64,000 bases of DNA from Octopus sinensis (Eukaryota). Positions within the stretch are counted from its first letter, which is position 1, and every line of letters starts with the position of its first letter. Location: the NCBI RefSeq assembly GCF_006345805.1, contig NC_042998.1:41416001-41480000 (forward strand). Direction: 5' to 3'. Below are positions 9,801 to 22,656 of the stretch, in pieces. Below the pieces are notes generated by a model. That model was not told the DNA's origin. It saw nothing but the letters and a program-made list of their open reading frames with translations, and searched no databases. The translations under genes and the position numbers were made by a program.

Positions 9801-11641
9801 AACAAACTAACTTTAGTCTCACACATATAAGTGCATATAGACACATGCATGTTTGTGTACACGTGTGTGTATCATAATCGTTATATAATCATTATTATAT
9901 TTGCTTTTTTCTATAGTGGTTTAGTGTTGAGTAAAACTTCTTGAGACTATATTCTGCAACAGGATGCCTTCCTTATACCGTCCCTTATTTGCCATTAAGT
10001 AATGAATGTACTTTATTTTCTGGTCTTTGATCATCAAACTGAGCTGTAGGATATACACTAATGTCAATGCTACCCAGATTGTGTCAGTATAAAGAGAAAC
10101 AGACAAACTCATGTGTATGTACATATTTCCTTTAACATCAATATAAACCAGCTTACAACCAAGATCAGTTGAGTTTCTTCATGTACATTTCAATTCTTCT
10201 TCTTCCTCTCCCTGCCCCTCCCCTCTCAAAACTTCATCAAAGCTTTCACACAGCTCAGAAATTCCAGGATAGCTGATCTACTGCTTGTCATTATGCCAGC
10301 TGCCTGGAACACCTCAGGCAGTTGAGCTTAGTATGCTCAGATAATATCAACAATTATTTATAACAAACTAGTAATAATGGTATTTAAAAATATATAAAAA
10401 CAAGATTGTAGCAAAATAAAAAATTTATATAACAGAAAATGTCCTGGTTATTTTTAAGTTGAAAGCATTCCTGTTTCTTTTCTGCTTCTATGCTTTCACA
10501 TTTGTTGATCACAAAATTGCCACTTGAGAAATTATAGGTACTTTTAACTGCATTGTCATGCTTCATTTCCCAACTGAGTGATGATTTGTTCTTCACTCTC
10601 AGCTTAATCCGTTCTTTCTAAGATCTGTGTTATGTCTGTAACACAGCATCCTCTTTAAAGCTCTTCTGATGTCCTTAAGTTTAGTGTCAGCCAGTTCATT
10701 ATAGATGTGGTCACAAACCTCCATTTCATTTTCACTTTAACCCATTAGCATTCAGATTTCTTTGTCAAATATATTGCTTATTTATTCACATTGTTTTTAA
10801 TTAATCATGCATTATCTTGCAGTTTCAAGATTTCAGTGGTGTGTCTGTATATTCTTAGAATGATATTGTGGGATGGATAAAACTGAATCTGGTCAGTTTT
10901 AACATAAAACAGGAAGAATATTTGGGCCAGATATGGCAGATTAAATGCTGAGAAATTAAATACTGCACATTGATATTCACTAATATCCTTATGCCCAACA
11001 CAACTACCTTTGGTCATCATAAAGTTTGTCCTTATTTTAGGTGCCAATTCTGTGTTACTTTCACAATTTGTAAAGTGGTGCAAGCTAAATTTCAAGCGCC
11101 ATTAGCTATAACCTACATATTTAAAGCAGAGTCAAGTCTGAAAAGGCAAGGTAGGCAGTGCCTAAGTCAGACTAAAAACTATAAATATCATATAAATATA
11201 ACAGTAAGTGATTTCCAGCTCATTATAAAAATGTGAATTAAATGCATTGAATTCAGTAAAGGGTTAATATTTTTGATGATGAACAGGCACAATTTCTGTT
11301 GCTTTTAAGTTCAACACACACACATACACACTATTACTTCATATGTCTGAGTTCAACTCTATAATACATTAACTATAGTGAAAGTAAAAGCAGATTTACT
11401 CTACTTTTTTGGGTCAGTGTGAGAAGTGTGCATGTGGGTATTTGCTTTTAATGATTGATCTAATTTTTATTCACATGGCTGCATAAAATAGTAATAATGA
11501 ATGCGTGTTTGATTACAACTGTTTTATAAAACTATGTATCTACAAGTATCTTCTGCATAATTATGTTTATGCTTGTTTACATAAATATACATAGCTACAA
11601 CTCATTCAGCTTGCATAACTTGTTCAGCTTTAATTTGTTAC

Positions 11642-11686
<45 letters not shown>
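11642..11686. repeat. (TA)n microsatellite
   Basis: Read directly from the sequence. Confidence 0.9.
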
Positions 11687-11690
<4 letters not shown>

Positions 11691-13539
11691 CATGGTAAAT
11701 ATAATATGCATGAATGCTAATATTTCATGGCTTTGCTTGTCACCACCTGAGCAAAATAGTGATATGATGTGCACATATATTGTTGATATTATGGCCAGTC
11801 ATCCTATACTGCTAAAGGCCCATTGAAATTTTTGTACTTGAAAAGCAGGTAAGGGTTGGTGATAGGAAGAGCATTTGATTGTAAATTGCTGTCTTAAATA
11901 AGCTGGCATGGAAAAAAGGGTATTAAATGATTGTACTTGCATGTGTGTGTGTGTGTGAGAGAGAGAGAGTATATATGCTTTGTTACCAAAATATTTTTAC
12001 ATATTGCCTCCTAGTGATAATGCATACTGCCTAATCTAAGTATGTATTCACTGTATGTGCCTGATTTCAGATATATGGATGTGATACAGAGAAGAGAGAA
12101 ATTTGGGTTTTTTATTGACTTTACTATCTCTTTCGCATGTTTTAATTAGTGCATATATTTATCTGTGTTAATCCTCCATTGTTAAGATTCCAACAAATAT
12201 CTCATTCAAGCTGTATTCTTGTGAAATCCAAATATTCTCTTTGTTTATGCAATCATTTTGCTATTCATTAATTTTTAGGTGTCACTAATGTAACATGGAA
12301 CAGTGTTTTACAACCAGGGTCAGTGTGCCAGAGTGTTACAAGATTGACAAATTTGCAACACTGACCTATTATAAGATTAGAAGATTGAAATGTGAAAATA
12401 AAATACAATTTACTTAGGAATACCAGAGCACTTAGTGTACACTTATTAGGACATGAAGTAAAACAAAGATATAGATAATTCAAAATATAACTCAACTGAC
12501 AAACAAGTACTCCTATAATAGTCTTAAGATGTGTTACCAAAATTTAATGACTTTTCAATCAGTTTTATTGCTTCCTTTTCCTTGAGGGTCATCTGTCATC
12601 TCATTAACAATTTATAAAAAAAAGTCAAATATTTTCCTATGTAAATGTAGACAAACCTTTATCAGTCATTCATATATATCCAAGCACAAAACTTTTTCCT
12701 TTTTTTTCTTTTTTATTTTTACATTAACAAATGGAAGAACTTCCTAAATTTTGAATGTTTACTGAAGATAGTTTTGTTATTGTTTTGACTTCTGGCTATG
12801 TTTAGAAGTCAAACAATTTGACTAATGTGTTTGACTTGATAATATATTGAGTGGTTAATTTCACAACCATTGACCTTCATATATGTTTCCTTTCTATACT
12901 GTATATTTTCCAACTAAGTAATAGTCTTTAGTCTGTGTGTTTATGAATATGTGTATGTGGGAAAGAAAAAAGTAAGGCACGTGTTTCTTCAATTGACTAT
13001 TCCCATCAGATGCCTGTAAATGCATTTATATAGTAGGACAGTGGAGTGTGAAAGCTATTGTTTATATTGTACAATCCAAATAATGTAACAGTCAGGGAAT
13101 ACTAAGAAGACTAATTTTCTTAATTATTTCCCTATTCACTTTAGAGAGAATGTGGAGTCAGTGTGTCAGGAAGTCGGTGATACCAAGCTAAATAAATTCC
13201 ACTTTAACTTCTTTATTTAAAAATCTTTGTCATTCACTGTAGTTTTATATTGTTTACTGTTGTATTGTTTGCTCTCAGAGAATATAGTTCTCTTAATTCA
13301 ATAGTCATAGATTATAAATTTAGATGTATGTTTATTCAAAAACCATAAAAGTGGAAGAGTAAGAAGAAAAGTGAATGAAAGGATGTGAAGGGCTGTTATA
13401 AGATGGGATAACAAATGTAAGGGAAGAGCAAAAGACAGAAAGCTGTCAAGAGAAGTTTTGATGACAGCTTTTTTGGAAAGGGAAAAGACAGGTACTATTA
13501 ACATGAGAGAGGGAGAGGAAGCAACTGACAGAGAGAGAA

Positions 13540-13576
<37 letters not shown>

Positions 13577-16500
13577 TTCTAAAGAAAATATAACTTTGAT
13601 TTAAGAAAAAATGTTGGAAAGGAAATAATATTGATCCATAGTTCATGTGCAGTTAAAGGCAAATATGTGTGAAGAGTATTCTGCACACTAAATACAAATA
13701 TGGCTGGTGAAATTTAGTGATTGAAAATCTTCAGTAAATTGAAATTATCTGAGCAATTAGTTTATAAATGCTCCCTCTTTGACTAAAATGTAAAAAACAA
13801 CAAGTGAGATGACTCCATAAGATCAATTGACTGAAGTGACCATGACAGGCATGTTTCAGTTTTATTAGTCTCTGTTATAATATTCTGCTCAGTTGGCAAG
13901 ACTTGGAGTAATCATTGTATGTAAAAATATAGGGAATATAATGAAACTGACTGAACAAAGCTCATTATATTATTACATGTGTAAGACCCTGCTGTTGCTG
14001 TTAAACACATTAATAACCTATAAATAGTAATTTTATGCAGTTATTTTCACTTTTATAGTGATTAAAAATAATTTTTAGTTGTGAACTCAGTATTCATATT
14101 CAAATACTATTAAAGTAAGAATTCAACACTAAATTCCTTATTGGATACAACCTCTTTAACTATTGCTTCAATACTTACCTGTCAGTAAATATGTGCATGT
14201 GTTAAGACATGTGCATGTTATGAGTTAGTATCCATCCGTCAAAGAATTAATAGCTTTTTTTTTTCTTTGATATGTTCTTAACATTTTATTTGTACAGAAA
14301 TTAGTTATTTATGAATTTTTCACATACAGCTTGTTACATGCATTCTTAACATGGAAATTTGAAATAGTTTCTTTTCTTGAGGTTACAAGTGTTAGAGCAT
14401 GTCTTGTGATATGTCTGGTGTCTTTAAAATGCAGATACAGAAAACTACTTAAACTTGGTTGAATATAGACGAAAAATATGTCCCTTTCAGCAGAACATAT
14501 ACTAAAGTTGTAAATTCATGAACCTGATAACATATTTTAATGTCCTCCATAAATGACTTAAACAAAAGCTGCTAAAACTAGATTTTAAGAAGTTATTGGG
14601 AGTTTAATGTCCCCCCACCACCACCAGCTGTGTAGAATCACCATGTTTGTATTCATTTGTTTTTTTATATCAAGATTTAGCTTACCTGAACTGGTATCAC
14701 ATTGACAGTCCATACTGAAACTTTTTTGAAGAATTAGAAAAAGAAAACCATTGGAATATCTTCATATCTGTTTATGGAAACTTTTATTCAATAGTATATA
14801 ATTTTAATTTTCATTCAGCTGGTCTTTTACTTATTAACATTATTGTTAATGCTTCTTGAGGAAGCATGTACGGGTCTGTAAAATCACCTCTTTCACTATC
14901 TTCTCATTTATCAGTTCCTTTAGGAAACCATCATAATCTCAGTTTTCTCTAGCTTACTGCTGTCATGATTATAATCACTCATCACGTTTTCCTACTAGCT
15001 TACATTATCCATTCTCAGGAATTCTCTATTAATATGATCAGTTCTTTTGTATGTAGCGACCAATGCTTCTAATCCCAGCTGCTTTTTCATCTTACTTCCA
15101 CTCCGTATGTTTCTTTCAAGTTAGCATAACTTGTCATATCAGTTTATTCGTTCTTCTCTAGCTTCTGCATGACTAGGAATAAATTTAACCTTAAGTATTA
15201 TAGTAGACCTAACCCTTAGACAAAACTACAATCAATGACTACTGAAGTGCCTGCACTTTTTATTGCACCATTGAGAAAGTTGCTATTATATACTACCTTC
15301 TCTAATACATGATAATTACATTGGAAATATACAATTAAGTAGGTGCATAAGGATTATGATAAGCTAATATTATAACTGAGTTTTTACTCATTGAATAATA
15401 AAAAAATAAATTATAATTACAAAGTATACAAAGCTGAAATAGCACTAAGATTTGTTTACATTCAAAATTTAGTAGTAGTATTTAACTAGTGTGGTATTAT
15501 CACCTTGACAAGGATATTTTTATTTCATGCATCAAGCTACATCGTTCCTATTTAGTTGCTAGGGAAGTTGAGTGAAGTTTGGAATTATGTCAAGGCAAGT
15601 TATTACACAGGTTTAATCAAGCAGAAATATATGTCAACATACACTGGAAAGCTCATGTGTTGTAACTGCATAATCATAGAAAGCTTGACTTGATATGTTG
15701 TAAAAGTTTAATGCATTTTTAATGTCATTCCAGATTGCTTTTTGAGCGCTTCAGCCTAATGAAAGATAAGATGTCATCAGAGAATAGGTTTTCTTTTCTA
15801 AGTTCTGTCAAGGATGTTAACTAAATTGATCTCATTATTGTAGCTTTTCTGCTTAATAAGATTTTATGTGTGGTCTACAACTGTTTGGGGCTCTGAAAGG
15901 AAAATCAAGACCATGAAGCTGGTTTGGTCATTTACACATGTGGTTTCCAGATATTGTATTTAGTTAGTCCTTTCAGCTTCAGTATGAAGGATTCTTTCAT
16001 TTGTTTGGAGTTTGTCTCTAACACCCGAACCTCTTAAATTTGTTGTTGGCTCAATCAGTAAAAGATAGGAAAGACAAAAATTGAATGGACATTTGTCATT
16101 GATTGAATGAGTAGATGCAATTGGAGGCTTATATTAAAAAATAGGATTGATAAATTCTAGAAATACTAAACACCTTTAGTAACCACATGTTTCATCAGAC
16201 TGTAACTATTTAATCATTTTCATACATAAATAGTAACTTTTAAAAGATGGATGATGATCATAATGGAGTAAATAAGCATGATAATGACATGCTTTTTCTT
16301 TTTTCGTTTATCTTTTTTTTTTTTGTAATCTTTTAAAGAAATCAATAAACTATCAGATCCTTTTGAATCCATATTATTGCTTTGAGAACTACTGTTCTGA
16401 AATGCCATAAATGCTGTAATTTCTGCTTACATTGTGTATTGATCAGGATTTTAGACTGTCTGCATCATCAAAACCATCATAGAAAGAAGACAGCTGTTTC

Positions 16501-19500
16501 AGCTAACAACTGTTGCCTGTTTTTACTCTTTGCAAATTATATTTTTAAGAGAAGACAACATTTTTTTTAATTTATTTCCCCCACCCCCTTTCTTTTTTTC
16601 TTGGTTGAAGCTAAATATGTGTTCGGTCAGTCTGTTAACTTGTGGTGTACTTTTCTGCTAATATATTATTGAGTCAAGAAATGAAAAAAAATCAAACATA
16701 TCACCATGCTAAATCCATCACTTAAAAAATAAAGAAGATAAGCATACAAATCAATAGTGTTTTCTTGGCAAACACTGCAGAATTAGCAGCTGGTAAGGTT
16801 GGTGAATTGACTCAGTTGGCCCATATGTTATTACTGACATTGGTTCCAGATCACACAAGCAAAATATTACTTTTGATCATTCAAATTAATGCCAGGCAAT
16901 GAAAATCCAAATAACAATCAACCAATTAGGTTGTTTGTTTGTGTTTTTGTCATCTTGATTAACAATTGATCAATAATTATTGATATTAACAATATCCTAA
17001 TTATTAATATGTTCTCTATGGGCTAGTCCAAGCTTATACTACACTTTAGTCCTTATTGGTAAAATTGTTTTTAAATCTGTTGACCCTTTTCTCTCATTCT
17101 TTCTTTTCTCTCTCTCTCTCTTTCTCTCTCTCATTCCCCTCAGTTTCATTGCCTTCTTTCTTCACTTTTCACTCTCTCCCTTCACTCTTTATCCATCTCT
17201 CAGTATATTTGCTTTTAGCTCAAGTGTACACTGTATCATTTTCTTAGAGGTTATTATATCTCCAATGATTTTTGACTTGCGTGCAAGATTGTTCTTCTAC
17301 TGCATTGTAAAGAAAACAGTAAGCCAATAGCTAGAAGGCTTTTCAGCATAAATAAATTAGAGAATGGTGAAGATCAAGTTTACGGAGTGCAATATTTTAA
17401 ATAAGGGTGCAGAGGTATGAGTAGTGGTATAGAATACACAATTTTGTTGCCACTAACAGTTTGGAACCCATTTTATTCATATTATTAATTTCTTGTTGAT
17501 TATTTATATTATGAATTTCTTGTTGACTAACAAAACACTGTTGAGAATTTAACCTATATAAACGCTATACTTATTGGATATTCCATATAATTATTTATAC
17601 AGCCACTGTTTTGAACACTATCAAAAGAGACATCAGATTACACATATGCAGTAAATCTAGAACAGTCTAGGAACAAGGCTAATGCCTTTTACCTTGTGAG
17701 AAAATTAATTCATTGAAAAATTTTATCCTAGCAAATAGTATAAAGCAAAAAAAAAAATTATGAAAAATGTACATATTACTTGTATTAAAATATCTAAGCT
17801 CTATGGTGAAAACTATAATAGCTAGAAAACCCCTTACTGTGTACTAAGATTAAGACTTCCAGAACAATTATTGTACATCTTAAATCGAGAGCATCTAGAA
17901 TTGAATTGGAATTTTATGCTTTCAGTATGTGCATAGGTATACACACATTAGTACAACTGTAATTCACCTTATTGAGTTGATCAATGTTGTCTGTCCATCA
18001 GTTAATGGTGCTGTCATGCTGATCATTGGAATAGCTATTTCCTGTACACAATTATCTAACAAGTTCTACTCAATCTGTGTTGTCAGCATCTTGGCAGCCA
18101 TCCTTGATTCTGTTATAAGACTTTAGTCTGAAACTGCACATTGATACAATTTGTCTATTTTGTATTAAGTTATAAAAGAGTTAAACTTAGAGAGACTAAT
18201 TTCTTATGGACCAGAGAGAATATCTAGTCAAGCAATGGGCCTTCTAAAAATTGTTATGGTTACTACTCATTTATGTTTAAACAAGTGGTTAGCAATAGGA
18301 AGGGCATTCAGTTGTCAAATCATTAATGTGCAAGTATATAGATTTTCAAACTTCATCAAATTTCTGCCTCCATGGAATAATGGATGCAAAACAGTCAAGA
18401 AAATATCAATGTAAATAGAAGAGAATGTACATGAAATAATATAGACGTGACTGAGAAATTATTGATCTCTTTTGGTTACACACTTGGCTGGTTTTATAGT
18501 GGTGAGATAACATTCACTGAATTATCTCCAATATATTACTGATATTTATTGCATCAATCACAAAAGAATCAAAGTTGATCATAATATAATTTGAACTCAG
18601 AACGAGTTACAGTAAAAAATACTGTCATAGCCACCCTCCACTGCCGCCTTGACTGGTAAAATATAAACTAAAGACACATTACATTGGCTGTAGTTGTTTG
18701 GTGTCAGTTTATGGCTTAACATTAGCCCCAATAAGAAATATTTCATTGTATTGCCAATGATAACAACAACAGTAATAATAAATGTTAATGTTTGCTATCT
18801 AGACATCGTACTGATATTTATGAAAGCAATTGTTGGTAGATCACCTGTTAGTGTTGAATGCATATCATTTGATATATAAACTGAAAATTGCAGCTCTGTA
18901 AAAATAAAATCTTAAATTTTATTTAACTTGCATACTACTGTTGGTTAACAGTGTAGTGATACAATCCATACATATGTAATATGAATATGTTTGTGCTCAT
19001 AATCCTGATGGAGCAAAATTTCTTTCATATTAGAAAGAATATGCAAAACTATTCATGCTTTTTTCTCAATTCAAGCAAAAAAGCTGCTACACAATTATCT
19101 AAAATTCTCATAATTCTCACACCTCTACTTTTCTTGTATAAATTCATCTAATAGATCATATTCTTTTGACCACTGAACAAAAGGGTATTATTTACATATT
19201 TTCACTGTAAAATGTTTTTGAAAAGGTTTTGCTACTGCTTAAGAAAGGCGCTTTCCAATTATTTCCTCTTTGAACACTTTTTTCCTTTCTGTCTCTTTCT
19301 CCCCACCCCATCTAAGAAACTAGTTTGAACTAAATTTGACAGAATACTGAAAATACAGAAGTATTTTCTTTAACTTGTCTTTGATATTTTATAAAAGTTT
19401 TTGCTTGTTCAAATAAAATCAGTTTCAAAAGTGTCTTATAAATGCCAATCATATGTTTTATCTTAATAAGAGATAATAGAAAGCAGGCGAAAATAAATAA

Positions 19501-20089
19501 TATACCAACATTGCATCAAAAAGCTAAATTCTTTTTATTGTGACACAGTCTCACGTTTTTGATCATAACCGTTACTTTAACTTATCTCTGATCTCTAACT
19601 GTTGATACTGAACAATAGATGGTGCATTTGAAATAATAATAATGATAATAATAATAATAATAATAATACAGAAGCAGAGCCCATAAAGTTGTTGGTTAGA
19701 GGTTTGCTCGGCCTGCTATACAGCTGGTTCTGTTACAATGAATATTAGATTGTTGCATGGATACTATTAATTTCATTAAAACCTTTGAAATGTCAACATT
19801 GTCAAGGCTACAGTGAACAAAACAAACTGCAAAATATGTCTCCTTGGGAGGTGTATCATGTTTAGAATAATATCATAACCTAACTGGAAAAACATCAGGT
19901 CAGTTTGCTTTGATGATTAACTTTAGAGACTTTAATTAATGGAATAGCATGTTCCTAATTTTAATCATTCAGATCATAATTTTCATTGCTTCAATTTTGG
20001 ACACTTTATGACAATTTATGATGAAGTAGACTAGTTGTAAATATTCAAGTTTTGTTAGTCTCAACATTTTCCATTCTGAGTAATGGTAA

Positions 20090-20500
20090 TATTGATTTCT
20101 TTCAGTGGCCCAAGGCTCCAAATTTGTTGGAGAATAGTAAAGTCAATCGAATTGCCCCCTCTCCTTCATTTCAACATGTGTGGTGCATGTTTTATAGATA
20201 GGCAAAAATCAAAGCAGTTCAATTGAGGATATGAAAAAATAACAATGAGTACTGTAAGGTATTTTAACCTAGCACTGTTCCATTTGTGCTACCTCCCCTT
20301 TATAACAAGGCCACAAAGTTCTAATGTGTGTCACAGGTATAGTCAATTAAATCACCCCTAGTATATTAATGACACTTATTTTATCAACCTTAGGTTGATG
20401 AAAAACCCAAGTTAACTCTAGCAGGTTTTAAACCCATATATGAATAGCTGTAGCTAAATACTATATGGCATTTAATTAGTACCACCATTTTTACTTACTA
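20090..20500 (-). mobile_element. Two heavily decayed Meta-like SINE copies
   Basis: Residual cacaa(g)gcc, cttattttatcaacc..gatgaaaa and aaatact motifs shared with 5853-6071. Confidence 0.45.
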
Positions 20501-21479
20501 AGCAAATGCAGTAGAGTAACTGGACAAATTCACTGGAATTAGCCAAATAATTATTTTTATATGGAAACAGAAGTTAACAAACCATGTTGTAGTGAGACAT
20601 GTTAGTTAACCCTATAGTTTGTTTTAGCCAACAGTGCTAAGATCATGCTGGAGTATTTCCTACATATACAATTTTGGAATGAAATGTTAACATGCCCCAA
20701 AATACTTGTTTCTTTCAAATTGGCTGAAAATGCATATCAGTGCCCACTGTTTGTTTTACATATTAGTATTTGGGAGTTTAAAATGCACTAAAATATACAC
20801 ACTTGCATAACCATTGAACCTATGCTAGTATATAAATTCATGAAAAAAAGAAAATTTTGTTTAACATGTTCAGTTTTGTAAGGATTAAATTTAATATTAA
20901 CAGCAGGATATATTATGTTGACCTAGTTAATATTAAAGTTATAACTATTAATAATTCTTTATCTCTTGCAAGAAAGACCTACACATCTGCCCTGCAAAAT
21001 GTATGATCTAAAATTTCTAGAAATAAAGTTAACTAAGATCCCTTTCTTGAAATCATCTGCATTAGCATAATATTGAAATAGTCCCTTACCAAACTGCACA
21101 TTATACCATTTTAATAACAACTATTTTAAACTTAAACAGAAGTTGTTGATCTTGAAATTAGTTTTACAAAAAAAGGTAAACAAAAATATTTGGATTGCAT
21201 TGTAAAAAGAAACATTTCATTCAACTATTAAAAATAAAATTTATTTCAAAGAACTCCTAATATTTACTTGGATAGGGAATCAAAGGTGCTTTTGCTTTCT
21301 GTATTACTTTTTTTTTCTGTTTTTTTTTTTTCCAGTATCATTTATAAATGAATGGGAGGGCCTGAAATTGAAAGATCTTTCAGTATAATTCTATACTGAA
21401 TCCTTAAATATAATCTATCATATTCCTCTCATCCTGTTCTGTATGAAGGTGCATTCCGTTCAAACAGTTGCTCCCTTCT

Positions 21480-21502
21480 CTCTAACTGCATGACTTAACT
21501 TG

Positions 21503-21553
<51 letters not shown>

Positions 21554-22605
21554 TTCCTCCCATCACTTTCTCTTCTTCCTCTTTCAGTTTTCATCTAAAA
21601 CATTTTTTTTTTCTCTATGCTGTGAAATGTTAGCCACTTCCACAGTAAAGTAACATTTGTGTAATGCTCCTAGTTGCTTTCTTTTCCTTATTACTACACC
21701 CCATCGTCTTCTCATTCTCATTCATACACACACACCTCTCCATGTGGGTCTGTTTCTGCTGGGATATTATTGCTTGTTCCAGTCAAGACGCCTGCAGCAG
21801 CAGTAGCTATAGTAGTATGAAACACATCCTCCTACTATCACTCCTTTAACAATACTCATTACTTCTCCTGTTACATTAGTCTCCTCCTCTGGTATTTCCA
21901 TTCATGGAAAATACACTGCTATGATCCCCTAAATACTGTTGTCTGTTAGGGCTGACTGGCTGCCTTTTCACTTTCGCCTTTCTTTCCACTATCATTAATA
22001 CCGTTACCCTCTAGGAAAAGTCTATCAAATTGGTAGATACTTTACAATATATATCAACCAGACATAGACTACTGGCCAGTTTAACTCTAAATTGCTTGAA
22101 AAAATTGATTAAGAACAATCCGTTTGGAATGTCAAGTAGTATAGATTTCCTTGGGATGCTTTCTTTTTTAGCATAGTACTAGACCACTTGAGTGCCTGTG
22201 ATTTGCCAGCTGTCTTATGTGTTGTATCCATTCATAACACTTAGCAGTTGAGAAGGAGGTAGAGGAGGTGGAGAAAGTTTTCTTCTGCTGTTGTTTTTGT
22301 GTTTCCACTAAGATTACCCACAACTGAGCAACCAGTCGGTTACATCCTAGAGAAAATGCTCCATAGTTTATACTTTTGTTGACAAAATGACCAACCGGCT
22401 ACCAACAGTTTTTGTTCAACTCCCTTTTATACACTCAATCTACAAGTAATGTTATATCAAATCTCAAAAGGAAACTTGTTGCAAACACAATCTACCAAAA
22501 ATGATAATTTGACTATGGGGTTTACCTGACTGCCTTAAGTTGTAGTCAGATGGTGCAACTGAAGGAACCCTGGCCCACAGGCTTGCATTGCATTTTTCTC
22601 CTTGT
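21480..22605 (+). promoter_or_regulatory. Putative internal promoter / long 5' UTR of the short dystrophin isoform
   Basis: About 1.1 kb free of recognisable transposon sequence directly upstream of the candidate first exon, with (CA)n, CT-rich tracts, (CAG)n and (GGA)n runs. Inference only. Confidence 0.3.
21504..21551. repeat. (CA)n microsatellite
   Basis: Read directly from the sequence. Confidence 0.95.
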
Positions 22606-22656
22606 ATGATAGAAATTAATCTGAACCTGCAAGCCGTGTTAACTGAGTTTGAGCAG
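22606..22656 (+). CDS. Candidate alternative first coding exon of a short (Dp116-like) dystrophin isoform, MIEINLNLQAVLTEFEQ
   Basis: ATG 22606 is the first in-frame ATG after TAG 22543-22545; 17 codons end at a consensus donor CAG|GTAAGA in phase 0, matching the phase-0 acceptor at 46339. Unique, non-repeat, less AT-rich context. No transcript evidence available. Confidence 0.55.

Noticed and set aside
10384-10740. Minus-strand coding-like stretch (ENEMEVCDHIYNELADTKLKDIRRAL...)
   Set aside because: Interrupted by stops, no clear splice sites and no family I can recognise; probably old transposon debris.
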